A DNA stretch of 64,000 nucleotides, taken from NCBI GenBank assembly GCA_963762255.1, contig CAVXKA010000003.1, positions 192,001 through 256,000 of the forward strand, in the 5' to 3' direction. The stretch's first letter is position 1; each line of letters opens with the position of its first letter. A program made the translations under genes and the position numbers. The stretch comes from Candidatus Eiseniibacteriota bacterium. GTDB lineage: Bacteria; Eisenbacteria; RBG-16-71-46; JABDJR01. A model generated the notes under the pieces. That model ran no database searches and was not told the origin of the DNA. It was given only the letters and a program-made list of their open reading frames with translations. Shown in pieces: positions 38,525 through 48,028 of this stretch.

Positions 38525-38539
38525 ATGACCGGGGTCTGT

Positions 38540-38700
38540 TTCTAATTCATTAAACTACAATGAGTTAAGGTCGCACAGGTGAGCCATCGCCCGAAAAGCA
38601 GGAGCGGATGAGTCCACGCAACTGCCTAAGAATCAGATAGTTACGCCACTACAACTCGACTATGCATGTCCTAATACCTTGACCATACATGCGTTACAAG
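38540..38700. promoter_or_regulatory. AT-rich spacer with IHF-like sites
   Basis: CTACAATGAGTTA and AATCAGATAGTTA resemble the IHF consensus WATCAANNNNTTR; they lie between the putative enhancer and the -24/-12 element. Confidence 0.5.
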
Positions 38701-38704
38701 ATTG

Positions 38705-38739
38705 TGTCCAAAAATTGGACGGTGTCAAAAGTCTGGACA
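38705..38739. promoter_or_regulatory. Tandem imperfect palindromes; putative upstream activator sequences for a sigma54 activator
   Basis: TGTCCAAAAATTGGACG (38705-38721) and TGTCAAAAGTCTGGACA (38723-38739), about 180-215 bp upstream of the sigma54 promoter. Confidence 0.6.
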
Positions 38740-38764
38740 GCAAACGAGTAGTGACGCAGACGCG

Positions 38765-40171
38765 CTAGTGGGGGCCAGCGTCCGCGGGCGGCGCCGCCGG
38801 CTCCGCGTGCTCAAGCACGTCCGCGTCTCGATGGTCGAGACGCTTGAGGCGATCGAGAAGGCTCTGGCGGGAGATGCCCAGCAGTCGCGCTGCTTGCGAC
38901 TTGTTGAACCCGGTGTGTTCGAGGGCCCGCACGACGTGCTGGTCTTCGATTTCCTGAAGCGTCTGAAGCCGGCCCTCGAGGGGACGCATGCCGCGTGTCT
39001 CGTTGGCGATCTCCGGAGGAAGATGGGAGATCTCCAGAACGGGTCCGTCTTCGAGCAGGACCGCACGCTCGATCACGTTCTTGAGTTCACGCACATTCCC
39101 CGGCCAGGAGTAGGCACGAAGCATTTCCGCGGCGCGCGGGCTCAAGCGATCGAACTTCCGATTGAGCTTCGTGGAGAAGTGCCTCAGGAAATGCTGGGCG
39201 AGCAGGAGCACGTCGTCGCCTCGATCCCGCAGCGGCGGCATGGGAATGGAGACAACCTTCAGCCGATAATAGAGATCCTCGCGGAATCGTCCCGCCTCGA
39301 TCTCCACGGCGATGTCCTTGTTGCTCGCCCCCACCACGCGGATATCGACTTCGAGATCGAGGGTTCCACCTACCCGCTTGAACTTGCGCGAATCGAGGAA
39401 TCGCAGAAGCTTGGCTTGGGTGACCAACGGCATGTCCGCCACTTCGTCCAGGAAGAGGGTCCCGCCGTCTGTCAGCTCCACCAACCCGAGCTTGGTATCC
39501 CGAGCGTCCGTATACGCGCCCTTTTCGTGCCCGAACAACTCGTTCTCCAGCAGGTGCTCCGAGAAGCTCGAGCAGTTCAGATCCATGAACGGCGCCTTGG
39601 CCCGGTCGCTGAGCTCGTGGATGGCCCGCGCCACCAACTCCTTGCCGGTTCCGCTCTCGCCGCTCAGGAGCACGCTGGTCGCGTCGGAGGCGGCCACCTT
39701 GCGAATCACCGAGAGCACTTCCAGGATGGCCGGACTCTCCCCCACGATCGGTTCACCCGCACCGCGTCGCTCGCGGAGATCGTAGAGAGAGAGCCGAAGC
39801 TGGGCCTCGGAGTCGCGCCGCGCCGCCTCCACGGTGTGGACGAGCTGCTCGAGTTCGTAGGGCTTGGTGAGAAAGTCGAAGGCGCCCTGCTTGATGAACC
39901 GCACGGCGAGAGCGGTGTCGCCGAACGCGGTGATGACGATCACTCGCACGCGGGGGTCGACCCCGAGGAGCGTGTCCAGCACACCCAACCCCTCGGCATC
40001 CGGAAGACGATGGTCGAGCAGAATCACCGGTGGGCGCGCGGCCCGCGCCTGGGCCAGACCGTCGGCCGCGGTGTGCGCCACCAGCACCCGGTAACCGCGG
40101 TCGGTCATCACACGAGTCAGCGAACGACCGACCGATGGCTCGTCGTCGATCACGAGAAGGGTCGGGATCAC
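38765..40171 (-). CDS. sigma54-dependent response regulator, NtrC/AtoC family (REC-AAA+-Fis HTH)
   Basis: GTG start overlapping the kinase stop (GTGA); LVIDDE receiver; GESGTGKE, ELFGHEKGAYTDA (GAFTGA-like loop), LFLDEV, FREDLYYRL, WPGNVREL; NKSQAARLLGISR. Confidence 0.93.
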   Translation of the reverse strand: MIPTLLVIDDEPSVGRSLTRVMTDRGYRVLVAHTAADGLAQARAARPPVILLDHRLPDAEGLGVLDTLLGVDPRVRVIVITAFGDTALAVRFIKQGAFDFLTKPYELEQLVHTVEAARRDSEAQLRLSLYDLRERRGAGEPIVGESPAILEVLSVIRKVAASDATSVLLSGESGTGKELVARAIHELSDRAKAPFMDLNCSSFSEHLLENELFGHEKGAYTDARDTKLGLVELTDGGTLFLDEVADMPLVTQAKLLRFLDSRKFKRVGGTLDLEVDIRVVGASNKDIAVEIEAGRFREDLYYRLKVVSIPMPPLRDRGDDVLLLAQHFLRHFSTKLNRKFDRLSPRAAEMLRAYSWPGNVRELKNVIERAVLLEDGPVLEISHLPPEIANETRGMRPLEGRLQTLQEIEDQHVVRALEHTGFNKSQAARLLGISRQSLLDRLKRLDHRDADVLEHAEPAAPPADAGPH

Positions 40172-41248
40172 GAGTCGACCTCTTCCTCTCGGTCCAGAGG
40201 CAGAGAGATCCGAAACGTAGCGCCCCCTTCGCGACGGTTGCGCGCGGTCAGGCGGCCGCCGTGCCCACGGACGATGTTCGTGGAGATCGGCAGGCCCAGC
40301 CCGGTGCCGTTGTGCCGCGTGGTGAAGAAGGGCTTGAAGATCTGGTCGAGCAAGTCGTCGGGGATCCCATGCCCGGTGTCGCTCACGAAGATCTCGGCTG
40401 CCGGGGGACGCCCCGAGCGGAAGCGGCGAAGCGTGGTGGTCACGCGCAGCCTCCCGCCTTCCGGCATCGCCTCCAGGGAGTTGCGGATGAGATTCAGGAG
40501 GACCTGCTGGAGATTGTCGGGAGAGAAGACGAAGGCGGGCAGATCGGGCGAGAGGTTGCGCTTCACCTCGATCTCCGCCTCCTTGAACTGGGACTCCATC
40601 GAGTCCAGCACCCGCCCCACCAGCGCGTTCAGAGTCCGTCCGGACCTTGTGCCCCTCGACCGGCCGGCCGAAGAGGAGTAGGTCTCCGATGATCTGCTCG
40701 ATGCGGTCGAGTTCCTTGACGACTTCCTGAAGATCCTCGTGCCGCGCGTCTTCCGGGTCGAGTTTGGAATCCACGAACTGCACGGTCGTGCGCACGCCGG
40801 TCAGCGGATTGCGAATCTCGTGGGCCACGCAGGCGGAAAGCTCACCCAGGGAGTCGAGGTACGCCTTCTCTTCCAGAGGGTCCCGCTCGGTGGATCGGGA
40901 ATCGCGCAGGGTGAGAAGCGTTCCCACTTCCTCCTCCCCGTCCCGCAGCGAATAGACTCCCACCCGCAACAGCCGGCGCCTGCCCTTGATGCGGGCCTTG
41001 AGACGGCGGTCGCCGGCGGGGGCGCCGAGGCGATCCACCGGGTCGGTGCTCCACCACGTCGGATCCTCGCTCCGCACGACCTCGGTGAGGTCCTTTCCCT
41101 TCAATTCCTCCGCCGTCGCGCGCAACAGCACGCACGCGGCCGCGTTGGAGGAGAGGATCCTGTGGCGCCCGTCCAGCGCGACGGATGCGAGAGGGATGCG
41201 ATCGAAGGCGATCTCGGACCAGGTGCGGGCCGTGGTCGATCCGGGCAT
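40168..41248 (-). pseudogene. PAS sensor histidine kinase interrupted by a one-base insertion near 40633 (real mutation or assembly error)
   Basis: PAS and HisKA (AHEIRNPL) are in one frame; HATPase (QVLLNLIRNS, DTGHGI, IFKPFFTT, GTGLGL) is in the next frame. Removing one base from GAC-T-CTG-AAC restores ...RTDLNALVGRVL... Confidence 0.8.
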
Positions 41249-41296
41249 GCTTGGGCTTGACCTTCCTTCCCGCAGGTTACCGGCGAGGTTGCCGGC

Positions 41297-41713
41297 CTAC
41301 GGGCGCGACGCTGCTTTGCGTTCGGTGGCGATGGCGAGCTTCTCGGCTCCGGCCTGGCGGGCCATATCCATGACCTCCACCAGCCGTCCCAGGCTCACCG
41401 TCTCGTCTCCGCGCACGACCACGGACTTGGATACCGCCCCCGAGAGGCGCACACCGAGGGCAGTCGCCAACTCGGGCGCCGCCACCCGCTCCTCGTCGAC
41501 GTAGGTCACACCGTCGCGTGTGATCGTGACCACCACCGGTTGGTCCTTGCTCGTGACCGAGGACTCCGACTTCGGCGGGTTCACCGGAATCCCCGTAGGC
41601 AATATAAACGAAGACGAGAGAAGAAAGAAGATCAGAAGCAGGAACACGAAGTCCGCCATCGGCGTGCTGTCCATGCTGCCGATGATTTGATCCCGCTCCT
41701 GGAATTGGAACAT
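41297..41713 (-). CDS. exbD: ExbD/TolR biopolymer transport protein
   Basis: TPMADFVFLLLIFFLL TM segment with the conserved Asp; VRGDETV...VMDMA. Confidence 0.9.
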   Translation of the reverse strand: MFQFQERDQIIGSMDSTPMADFVFLLLIFFLLSSSFILPTGIPVNPPKSESSVTSKDQPVVVTITRDGVTYVDEERVAAPELATALGVRLSGAVSKSVVVRGDETVSLGRLVEVMDMARQAGAEKLAIATERKAASRP

Positions 41714-42360
41714 CAGCGCTCCCCGCTCTTGGCAGCCGGCGCGCCCGGCGCCGCCTTGCCGGAGCGCAGGGAATCGACGAGGTTCTGCGACGCCTCTTCC
41801 ATCTCCATGATCACCGCGTGGACCTGGCTCACGATCCAGTTGTTGGCGAAGAGCGTGGGGATGGCCACGAGGAGGCCGGCGGCGGTCGTGATCATGGCCT
41901 GCCAGATGCCCCCGGCCAGCACCGATGCGTTCACGTTGCCCCCCAGGCTCTCGATCTGCTGAAAGGCCTTGATCATGCCGAGGACCGTGCCCAGGAACCC
42001 CAGGAGGGGCGCGCCGGCCACGATGGTGGCGAGGCCGGCCACGTGCGTACGGAGCCGCCTCGCTTCCTTCTCGCCGGCGTATTGGATCGACTCCTTGATG
42101 CGCACCTCATCCTCGCCGATCTTCTCCAACCCGGCCAGGAAGATGCGAGCGAGAGGGTTGGGGTGCTCCCGGGCCCGGCGTTCCACCTCATCGAGATGGC
42201 CGTACTTGAGGATTCCCTGAATGCTGACCTGGAACGCGTCCATCCGCTTCCTCGTCCCGCGCAGCAGCCACAGCTTCTCCAGAACGATGGCCAGCGCGAC
42301 CACCGAGCAGAGAATGATCGGGACCATGAGCGGTCCCCCCTTGCTGATCCACTCGAGCAT
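41713..42360 (-). CDS. exbB: ExbB/TolQ/MotA proton channel protein
   Basis: GGPLMVPI; APLLGFLGTVLGMI; GIWQAMITTAAGLLVAIP. Confidence 0.9.
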   Translation of the reverse strand: MLEWISKGGPLMVPIILCSVVALAIVLEKLWLLRGTRKRMDAFQVSIQGILKYGHLDEVERRAREHPNPLARIFLAGLEKIGEDEVRIKESIQYAGEKEARRLRTHVAGLATIVAGAPLLGFLGTVLGMIKAFQQIESLGGNVNASVLAGGIWQAMITTAAGLLVAIPTLFANNWIVSQVHAVIMEMEEASQNLVDSLRSGKAAPGAPAAKSGER

Positions 42361-42456
42361 GCACCCTCCTCCAGGCGAGACGGTTCCCCGCCGCGCGCGT
42401 TCCGCCGACGGTGAAGATTGTAGTGTGCGAGCGGCATCGGGGCGTACCCCGAATCG

Positions 42457-43692
42457 TCAACGGGTCCGGGTTTCCCGATCGAGGAACCGCAGGCGAAGCC
42501 GCCTCAGCCCGTACGGATGCACCGCCAACACCTCGAACTCGAGTGCCCCCACCCGCACGCGTTCCCCGACCGCGGGGATTCGTCCCAGACGCCGCAGCAC
42601 CAGCCCCCCCACCGTGTCGAACCGGTCCTTCGCCAGCGCGGTCCCGAGCTCCTGGTTCAACTCGTCGATGTCCAGCGTCGCATCCATGACATAGCCATCC
42701 CCGACCTTCTGCAGGGGAAGGCTCAACTCCTGATGCTCGTCGGCCAGCTCGCCCATGATCTCTTCCACGATGTCCTCGACGCTCACGATGCCGATGCAGG
42801 AACCGAACTCGTTCACCACCAGGGCCATGGTCTCTCGTCTCTTCTGGAGTTCGACCAGAACCCTTGGGATCCGCGAGGTCTCGGGGATGACGACCATCTG
42901 CCGCACGTACTCGGCGACGGTCGCCTTGGGCTCCTGGTCATAAAGGATGTCGAAGACGTTCACGAGGCCGACGAGGGTGTCCACCCGCTGCCGGTAGATC
43001 GGGATCCGGGTGTAGCGATGCCTGCGCACGAGGTCGAGAAGCTCGGAGGGAGCCGCAGTCTCGGGGAGCGACACTACGTCCGGAAGCGGAATCATCACCT
43101 CGCGGACGATCGTTCCCCCGAATTCGAAGATGCTCTCCAACATGTGCTGCTCGCCGGAGCCGAGCCGGCCCCGCGTCTCCCTCACCAACTGACGCAGCTC
43201 CTCCCGGGTCACGAAGGCGCTCCGCCCGCTCCGTCCGGTGATCGTGTGGAGCAGGGAGGTGGCCACCCACTGCACAGGCGCGAGGATCCAGGTCACCGCA
43301 CGGATGAACCACAGGAACCGCGGTACTCCGTCCTCCGCGTGCCGCCGGAAGTAGATCTTGGGAGCGAGTTCCGAGAAGACCAGAAGGATGACGGTCATGA
43401 CCGCGGTGGCGGCGATCGAGCCACCGGTCTCGCCCATGCCGAGGATGCGCGTCGCCGCATAGGTGGCCAGCGCGCCGCTCCCGACGTTACAGAGCGTGTT
43501 CCCGATAAGGAAGGTGGTCAGCACGCGCTCCGGGCGCTCGATGAGGCGCAGGAGACGGGCCGCCACCGCATCGCCGCGCCGCGCCCGCACGCGCAGCCGC
43601 ACGCGGCTCAGCGACACCACTCCCGTCTCGAGTCCCGCAAAGAGGGCGGAGGCCACGACGGACAGGAGAAGGAGGGGGATCACCGTGCCCAT
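42457..43692 (-). CDS. CNNM/DUF21-CBS-CorC (hemolysin-like, Mg2+/Co2+ transport) protein
   Basis: FAGLETG, LIGNTLCN, SELAPK, VREVMIP, YTRIPIY, VVNEFG, EDIVEEIMGE; start at ATG 43692. Confidence 0.9.
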   Translation of the reverse strand: MGTVIPLLLLSVVASALFAGLETGVVSLSRVRLRVRARRGDAVAARLLRLIERPERVLTTFLIGNTLCNVGSGALATYAATRILGMGETGGSIAATAVMTVILLVFSELAPKIYFRRHAEDGVPRFLWFIRAVTWILAPVQWVATSLLHTITGRSGRSAFVTREELRQLVRETRGRLGSGEQHMLESIFEFGGTIVREVMIPLPDVVSLPETAAPSELLDLVRRHRYTRIPIYRQRVDTLVGLVNVFDILYDQEPKATVAEYVRQMVVIPETSRIPRVLVELQKRRETMALVVNEFGSCIGIVSVEDIVEEIMGELADEHQELSLPLQKVGDGYVMDATLDIDELNQELGTALAKDRFDTVGGLVLRRLGRIPAVGERVRVGALEFEVLAVHPYGLRRLRLRFLDRETRTR

Positions 43693-44984
43693 CAGCGGGG
43701 CCCCTCGACCGGCGCCGTCGCCGTCACCAGGACGCGATGCGCGCGGTGGCGCCGCACGGCGAGTACCCGGAACGTGAAGGGCCCGTCGACCGGCGCATCG
43801 CCCGGCCGCGGCGGGCGCCCGAGCAGGTGGGCCACGTGCCCCGCCACGGTCTCCGCGGGGCCCGGCTCCCAGCGCACCCCGGTCTCCTGGATCAGGTCGT
43901 AGAGGAGGTAGAGGCCGTCCACGCGCCACATCCGGGGTCCCGCCGGTTCCATCGGCAGGGCGTGGTCCCGCTCCTGTTCGTCGAAGATCTCCCCCACGAC
44001 CGTCTCCGCCAAGTCCTCCCTGGTGAGAATCCCCTCCGTGCCGCCGTACTCGTTCACCACGACCACCAAGCCGAGCCTGCGGGCCTGGATTTCACCCAGT
44101 ATGCGGTTCAGCCGCGCGCGCTCCGGGACGAAGTGCACGGGGCGCAGGAGCGCGTCGAGAGGAAGATCGGGGTCGAGCAGATACTCCTTCGCGTTGATGA
44201 AACCGATGATCTGATCGAGCGAGTCGCGATAGACCGGCAGTCGGCTGTGTCGCGCCTCCGGGACGCGCCGGCGGAGTTCCTCTCGGGAGATGTCCACGGG
44301 CAGCGCCACGAGATCCACCCGGGGGGTCATGATCTCGTAGGCGCGGGTCTCGAAGAACTCGAAGATGTTGGCGGCCATCTCCCCCTCGTCCTCGCTCACC
44401 TCCTGTCCGGCCTGCACGTCCTCGAAGAGCACCTGGAGTTCGCCCGGCCCGAGACCGCTCCCCTGCCGTTCCGCTGCCATGCCGCTCGCGCGCAGGAGGG
44501 CGCGGGCGGCGATTTCGAGGAGCCGGGCCAGAGGGGAGAAGACCCGCAGGACGGGGTCGAGGGCCAATGCGGCGTATGGGGCAAGCCGCGGGGCCCAATG
44601 GACGGCGGTCCCCTTCGGCAGGACCTCGCCGAACAGGAGAATCAGCGTGGTCCCGAGTACGACCGATGCTGTGACCGGATTCCCCCCCACGAGGCGGGGC
44701 TCGAGCCGGTTGGTGATGGCCAGAGCCACGCTCGATCCGGCTACGTTCACCAGTGTGTTCCCGAGCAGAATGCCGGCGAGGAGGCGCTCGGGGTGGGCGG
44801 CCATGGCGGCCACCAAGCGCTCCCGGCGGGAATGGGAGCGCTCGAAGCGACGGATCTGGAGACGATCGAGGGAGAAGATAGCGGTCTCGCTCCCCGAGAA
44901 CAGGGCGGACAGGGCCAGCAACGCTGCGAAAACGACGAGAAACGGCACCAAGTCAGGGGTCACGCCGGGAAACTCCGTTGCCAT
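43692..44984 (-). CDS. CNNM/DUF21-CBS-CorC protein (GldE-like tandem paralog)
   Basis: FSGSETA, LLGNTLVN, GEVLPK, EIMTPR, HSRLPVY and VNEYGG; start position uncertain. Confidence 0.9.
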   Translation of the reverse strand: MATEFPGVTPDLVPFLVVFAALLALSALFSGSETAIFSLDRLQIRRFERSHSRRERLVAAMAAHPERLLAGILLGNTLVNVAGSSVALAITNRLEPRLVGGNPVTASVVLGTTLILLFGEVLPKGTAVHWAPRLAPYAALALDPVLRVFSPLARLLEIAARALLRASGMAAERQGSGLGPGELQVLFEDVQAGQEVSEDEGEMAANIFEFFETRAYEIMTPRVDLVALPVDISREELRRRVPEARHSRLPVYRDSLDQIIGFINAKEYLLDPDLPLDALLRPVHFVPERARLNRILGEIQARRLGLVVVVNEYGGTEGILTREDLAETVVGEIFDEQERDHALPMEPAGPRMWRVDGLYLLYDLIQETGVRWEPGPAETVAGHVAHLLGRPPRPGDAPVDGPFTFRVLAVRRHRAHRVLVTATAPVEGPR

Positions 44985-45173
44985 GCCATGAAGCCCCTAT
45001 CTTCCTGGAGGCGCGCCCGGTCTGCAAGCCCGCCTCTTGTTCTACCGGCCGATGTTTTGGTATGTTTGTTGCCTTGTTTTGGCGGCTGCTTTCGCTCGCC
45101 GCCGCTCCTCGGCTCCGGGATACTCGCCCCGGACCCACCGAGCCCTCGACCGATACACAGGAGAAGACCGCCC

Positions 45174-47003
45174 ATGCTCGAGGCCATGCGCCGCAACACC
45201 AAGGTGATCCTGTGGGTCACCATCATCGCGTTCGTGCTCCTCATGTTTCTGGTCTGGGGCGCGGACCTTTCGGGAAACCGCAGCGGCCCGCGGGCGGACA
45301 CCATCGGCACGGTGAACGGAGATCGGATCCTCTTCACCGAGTACCAGCAGGAGTTGGGCCGCAACCGAGAAATCGCCCGCTCCCAGGGACGGGAACTCCA
45401 GCCGTCCGACGAACTGATGCTGGAGGAGCAGACCTGGAACAACATCGTGACGCGCCGGCTTCTCATGCAGGAGGCGGCCCGCAGGAACATGCTGGTTCGG
45501 GACAGCGAGGTGAGGTCGGTTCTTCTGAATAACCCGCCCGCGTTCATCACCCAGGATCCGAGCTTCCGCGACAAGAGCGGCAACTTCGATCTCGCCACCT
45601 ACAAGGCGACGATTCAGGATCCCCAACTTCCCGAAGAGTTGCTCCTCCAGCTCGAGGACGCGGTTCGGCGCGACCTTCCCATCCAGAAGTTGCAGGACGT
45701 GATCGTCTCATCGGCAAAGGTGAGCGATGAAGAGGTACGGCGGGCCTACCAGGACGAGACCGAGAAGGCCGGGATCAGCTACGCGATCGTGGAGGCCAAC
45801 CGCCCCACCGCAAACTCGGAAGTGACTGATGAGGAGCTGAACACCTACTACGAGGCCCATCGCGTCCAGTACGCACTGCCCAAGCGGGCCACGCTGCGTT
45901 ACGTCACGGTCCCTCGACGGGCCACCACCGAGGACAGCTTGACCACGCGCTCCGATATTGCGGAACTCGCCGCGGAGGCCCGCATCGCCGAGGAGGCTCG
46001 CCGCGCGGGACGCGAGGACGTGGAGCACAGCGACTTCGCCACACTGGCCATGTCCTTCTCCGACGCCCCCAACGCGGACGAGGGCGGTCTGAACGCCGAG
46101 TTCGTGATCCCCGGGCAGCTTCCGCCCCCCTACGCGGCCGCGGTGCAGGGGCTCGGCGTCGGCGACGTCAGCCAGCCGTTCCTTGAGGGAAATCAGTTCC
46201 ATATCCTGCAGGTCGCGGCGGAGAAGGTGGAGGCGGGAGAGCGCCAGGTGCAGTTGCGCGACATCTCGGTGCGCATCGAGCCTTCCGACAGCACGATCGT
46301 GAATGCCCAGGAGCGCCTTGAAACGATTCGGCGCGCAGCGCAGACCGAGGGACTCGAGAAGGCGGGAGCGACTGCCGGTTTGGAAGTCAAGGTCGCCTCC
46401 GGTGTGACCGCAGCCGGGATTGCGCCGGGGCTGAGCGCGATCCCGCAGCTGGCGTCGTTCGCTCTCAGCAATCCACCCGGCACGGTGAGTCGCGTGTACG
46501 GCACCAACAGCGCCTGGTACGTGGTAGAGATCGTCGACGTTCAGCCCGAAGGCGTTCCTCCCCTGGCGGAAATTCGCGACCGGGTCACCAATGAGATCGT
46601 GCGCGAGCGGCGCTTCGCGGAGGCCCGCACGATCGCCGACCGCATCTCCGGCCGGATCAAGGGAGGCATGTCACTCGAGGACGCCGCGGCGGCGGAATCG
46701 GTGCCGGTACAGACGAGCCCCGCGTTTTCGCGGCGCTCCGGCGTCCCTTCCCTCGGCAGGGATCCCGACGTCGTGGCCGAGGCGTTTGCCTTGCCGGTGG
46801 GCGCGGTCAGCGCACCGGTGAAGGGAGCTCGCGGCTGGGTCATTCTGCGGGTAGATGAGCACGCACCGGTGGATTGGGCCGCGTTCGAGCAGCGCAAAGA
46901 CCAGATCCGCCAGTCCCTGCTCAACGTTCGACAGGGTCAGATCTTCAACGGATGGATCGAGAATCTGAGAAGCTCGGCCAAGATCACGGACTTCCGCATG
47001 TAG
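45174..47003 (+). CDS. ppiD: PpiD/SurA-type membrane-anchored periplasmic chaperone / parvulin PPIase
   Basis: SD AGGAG before ATG 45174; N-terminal TM; VNGDRI; VSDEEV; FATLAMSFSD...GG; GDVSQP...FHIL; VSAPVKG. Confidence 0.82.
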   Translation: MLEAMRRNTKVILWVTIIAFVLLMFLVWGADLSGNRSGPRADTIGTVNGDRILFTEYQQELGRNREIARSQGRELQPSDELMLEEQTWNNIVTRRLLMQEAARRNMLVRDSEVRSVLLNNPPAFITQDPSFRDKSGNFDLATYKATIQDPQLPEELLLQLEDAVRRDLPIQKLQDVIVSSAKVSDEEVRRAYQDETEKAGISYAIVEANRPTANSEVTDEELNTYYEAHRVQYALPKRATLRYVTVPRRATTEDSLTTRSDIAELAAEARIAEEARRAGREDVEHSDFATLAMSFSDAPNADEGGLNAEFVIPGQLPPPYAAAVQGLGVGDVSQPFLEGNQFHILQVAAEKVEAGERQVQLRDISVRIEPSDSTIVNAQERLETIRRAAQTEGLEKAGATAGLEVKVASGVTAAGIAPGLSAIPQLASFALSNPPGTVSRVYGTNSAWYVVEIVDVQPEGVPPLAEIRDRVTNEIVRERRFAEARTIADRISGRIKGGMSLEDAAAAESVPVQTSPAFSRRSGVPSLGRDPDVVAEAFALPVGAVSAPVKGARGWVILRVDEHAPVDWAAFEQRKDQIRQSLLNVRQGQIFNGWIENLRSSAKITDFRM

Positions 47004-47020
47004 TCACGCGGGAACGGCAG

Positions 47021-47070
47021 GCAGACGCCCGGACGGATCGAGGCTCAGCTTGGTGCGTTCGGGCGTTTGC
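47021..47070. terminator. Hairpin between convergent genes, possibly a bidirectional terminator
   Basis: GCAGACGCCCGGACG ... CGTTCGGGCGTTTGC inverted repeat. Confidence 0.5.
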
Positions 47071-47073
47071 GTT

Positions 47074-47493
47074 TCAGCGCGCAGGGACCAGCGAGCGCGG
47101 CTGCCCCACGATCACGGTGAGGTCGTAGGGATAGCCGGGCACCCTCTGCTCCACCACGATCGCCCCCGGCAGCCAGCGCACGACCTCTTCAGCCTTCGTC
47201 CACGAGACCGTGCGCGCGATCACGATGTCCTCGTGATAGTGGAAGTGATCCGCATTGCCGATCTGCTCCACCCGGTACCCGCCGCGCCGCAAGAGCGAGG
47301 CGGCCTGATCGCCCACCCCGCTGATACCGCATCCGTTCAGGACTTCGATGCGCAGGTCGGGATCTCCCGGAGGAGGCGGCGCGGTCGCGCGGTTGCGGTG
47401 GGTCAGACTCCACGCCCCCGCGCCCAGGGAAACCCCCGCCACCAATGCGATCGCCAGCGCGGTCCAGCGAAACCGCCGACGCCTACGGTACAC
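47074..47493 (-). CDS. LytR C-terminal domain membrane protein
   Basis: Basic N-terminus and TM segment; IEVLNGCGISG, GNAD, DLTVIVG; GTG start at 47493. Confidence 0.82.
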   Translation of the reverse strand: MYRRRRRFRWTALAIALVAGVSLGAGAWSLTHRNRATAPPPPGDPDLRIEVLNGCGISGVGDQAASLLRRGGYRVEQIGNADHFHYHEDIVIARTVSWTKAEEVVRWLPGAIVVEQRVPGYPYDLTVIVGQPRSLVPAR

Positions 47494-48028
47494 GTCCGCG
47501 TCCCGTGAGCGAGAGCCCTTCCAGCGGGAGCGATTCCATCGCGCGCAGGATCCGAGCGTAGGTGGCCGAGAGCGCCTCGGGGAGAACGCGCGTGTCGGCC
47601 AGCGTGGGCATGAAGTTCGTGTCTCCCGTCCATCGCGGGACGACATGCCAGTGCAGATGTCCAAGCACGCCCGCTCCGCCCGAGCGCCCGAGGTTCGCGC
47701 CCAGGTTGAACCCGTCGGGACGGTATTCCGACTCGAGTACGCGACGGGCCCGCTCCACCGCGGCCAGCACCTCGGCGCGCTCCTCCGGGCCGCCGCCGAG
47801 AAGAGACTCCTCGTGGCGTCGGGGCGCCACCATGAGGTGGCCGCTCGTGTAGGGAAAGGCGTTCAGCATGGTGAAGCAGTGAGGGTAGTGCTCCAGCACC
47901 AGCGTCTCGACGGAGGGAGGCATGCCTGCGACACCGCAGAAGAGGCAGCCTGCGGCTTTGCCTTCCGGCGTCCCCGCCGCTTGATGGATATAGGCCATTC
48001 GCCAGCCCGCCCAGATGCGTTCACTCAT
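47483..48028 (-). CDS. HIT family hydrolase (Ap4A phosphorylase-like)
   Basis: IWAGWRMAYI, CLFC, NAFPYTSGHLMVAP, GFNLGANLG..GGAG, HLHWHVVPRW. Confidence 0.9.
   Translation of the reverse strand: MSERIWAGWRMAYIHQAAGTPEGKAAGCLFCGVAGMPPSVETLVLEHYPHCFTMLNAFPYTSGHLMVAPRRHEESLLGGGPEERAEVLAAVERARRVLESEYRPDGFNLGANLGRSGGAGVLGHLHWHVVPRWTGDTNFMPTLADTRVLPEALSATYARILRAMESLPLEGLSLTGRGRVP

Noticed and set aside
38765-41248. 827-aa ORF as a natural hybrid kinase-activator
   Set aside because: The middle ~150 aa is out-of-frame sequence. The HATPase domain lies in another frame, and the regulator has its own GTG start overlapping the kinase stop.
43737-45173. 479-aa N-terminal extension of the PpiD-like ORF (1088 aa in the track)
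   Set aside because: It is the antisense shadow of the CNNM gene. A good SD and ATG exist at 45174.
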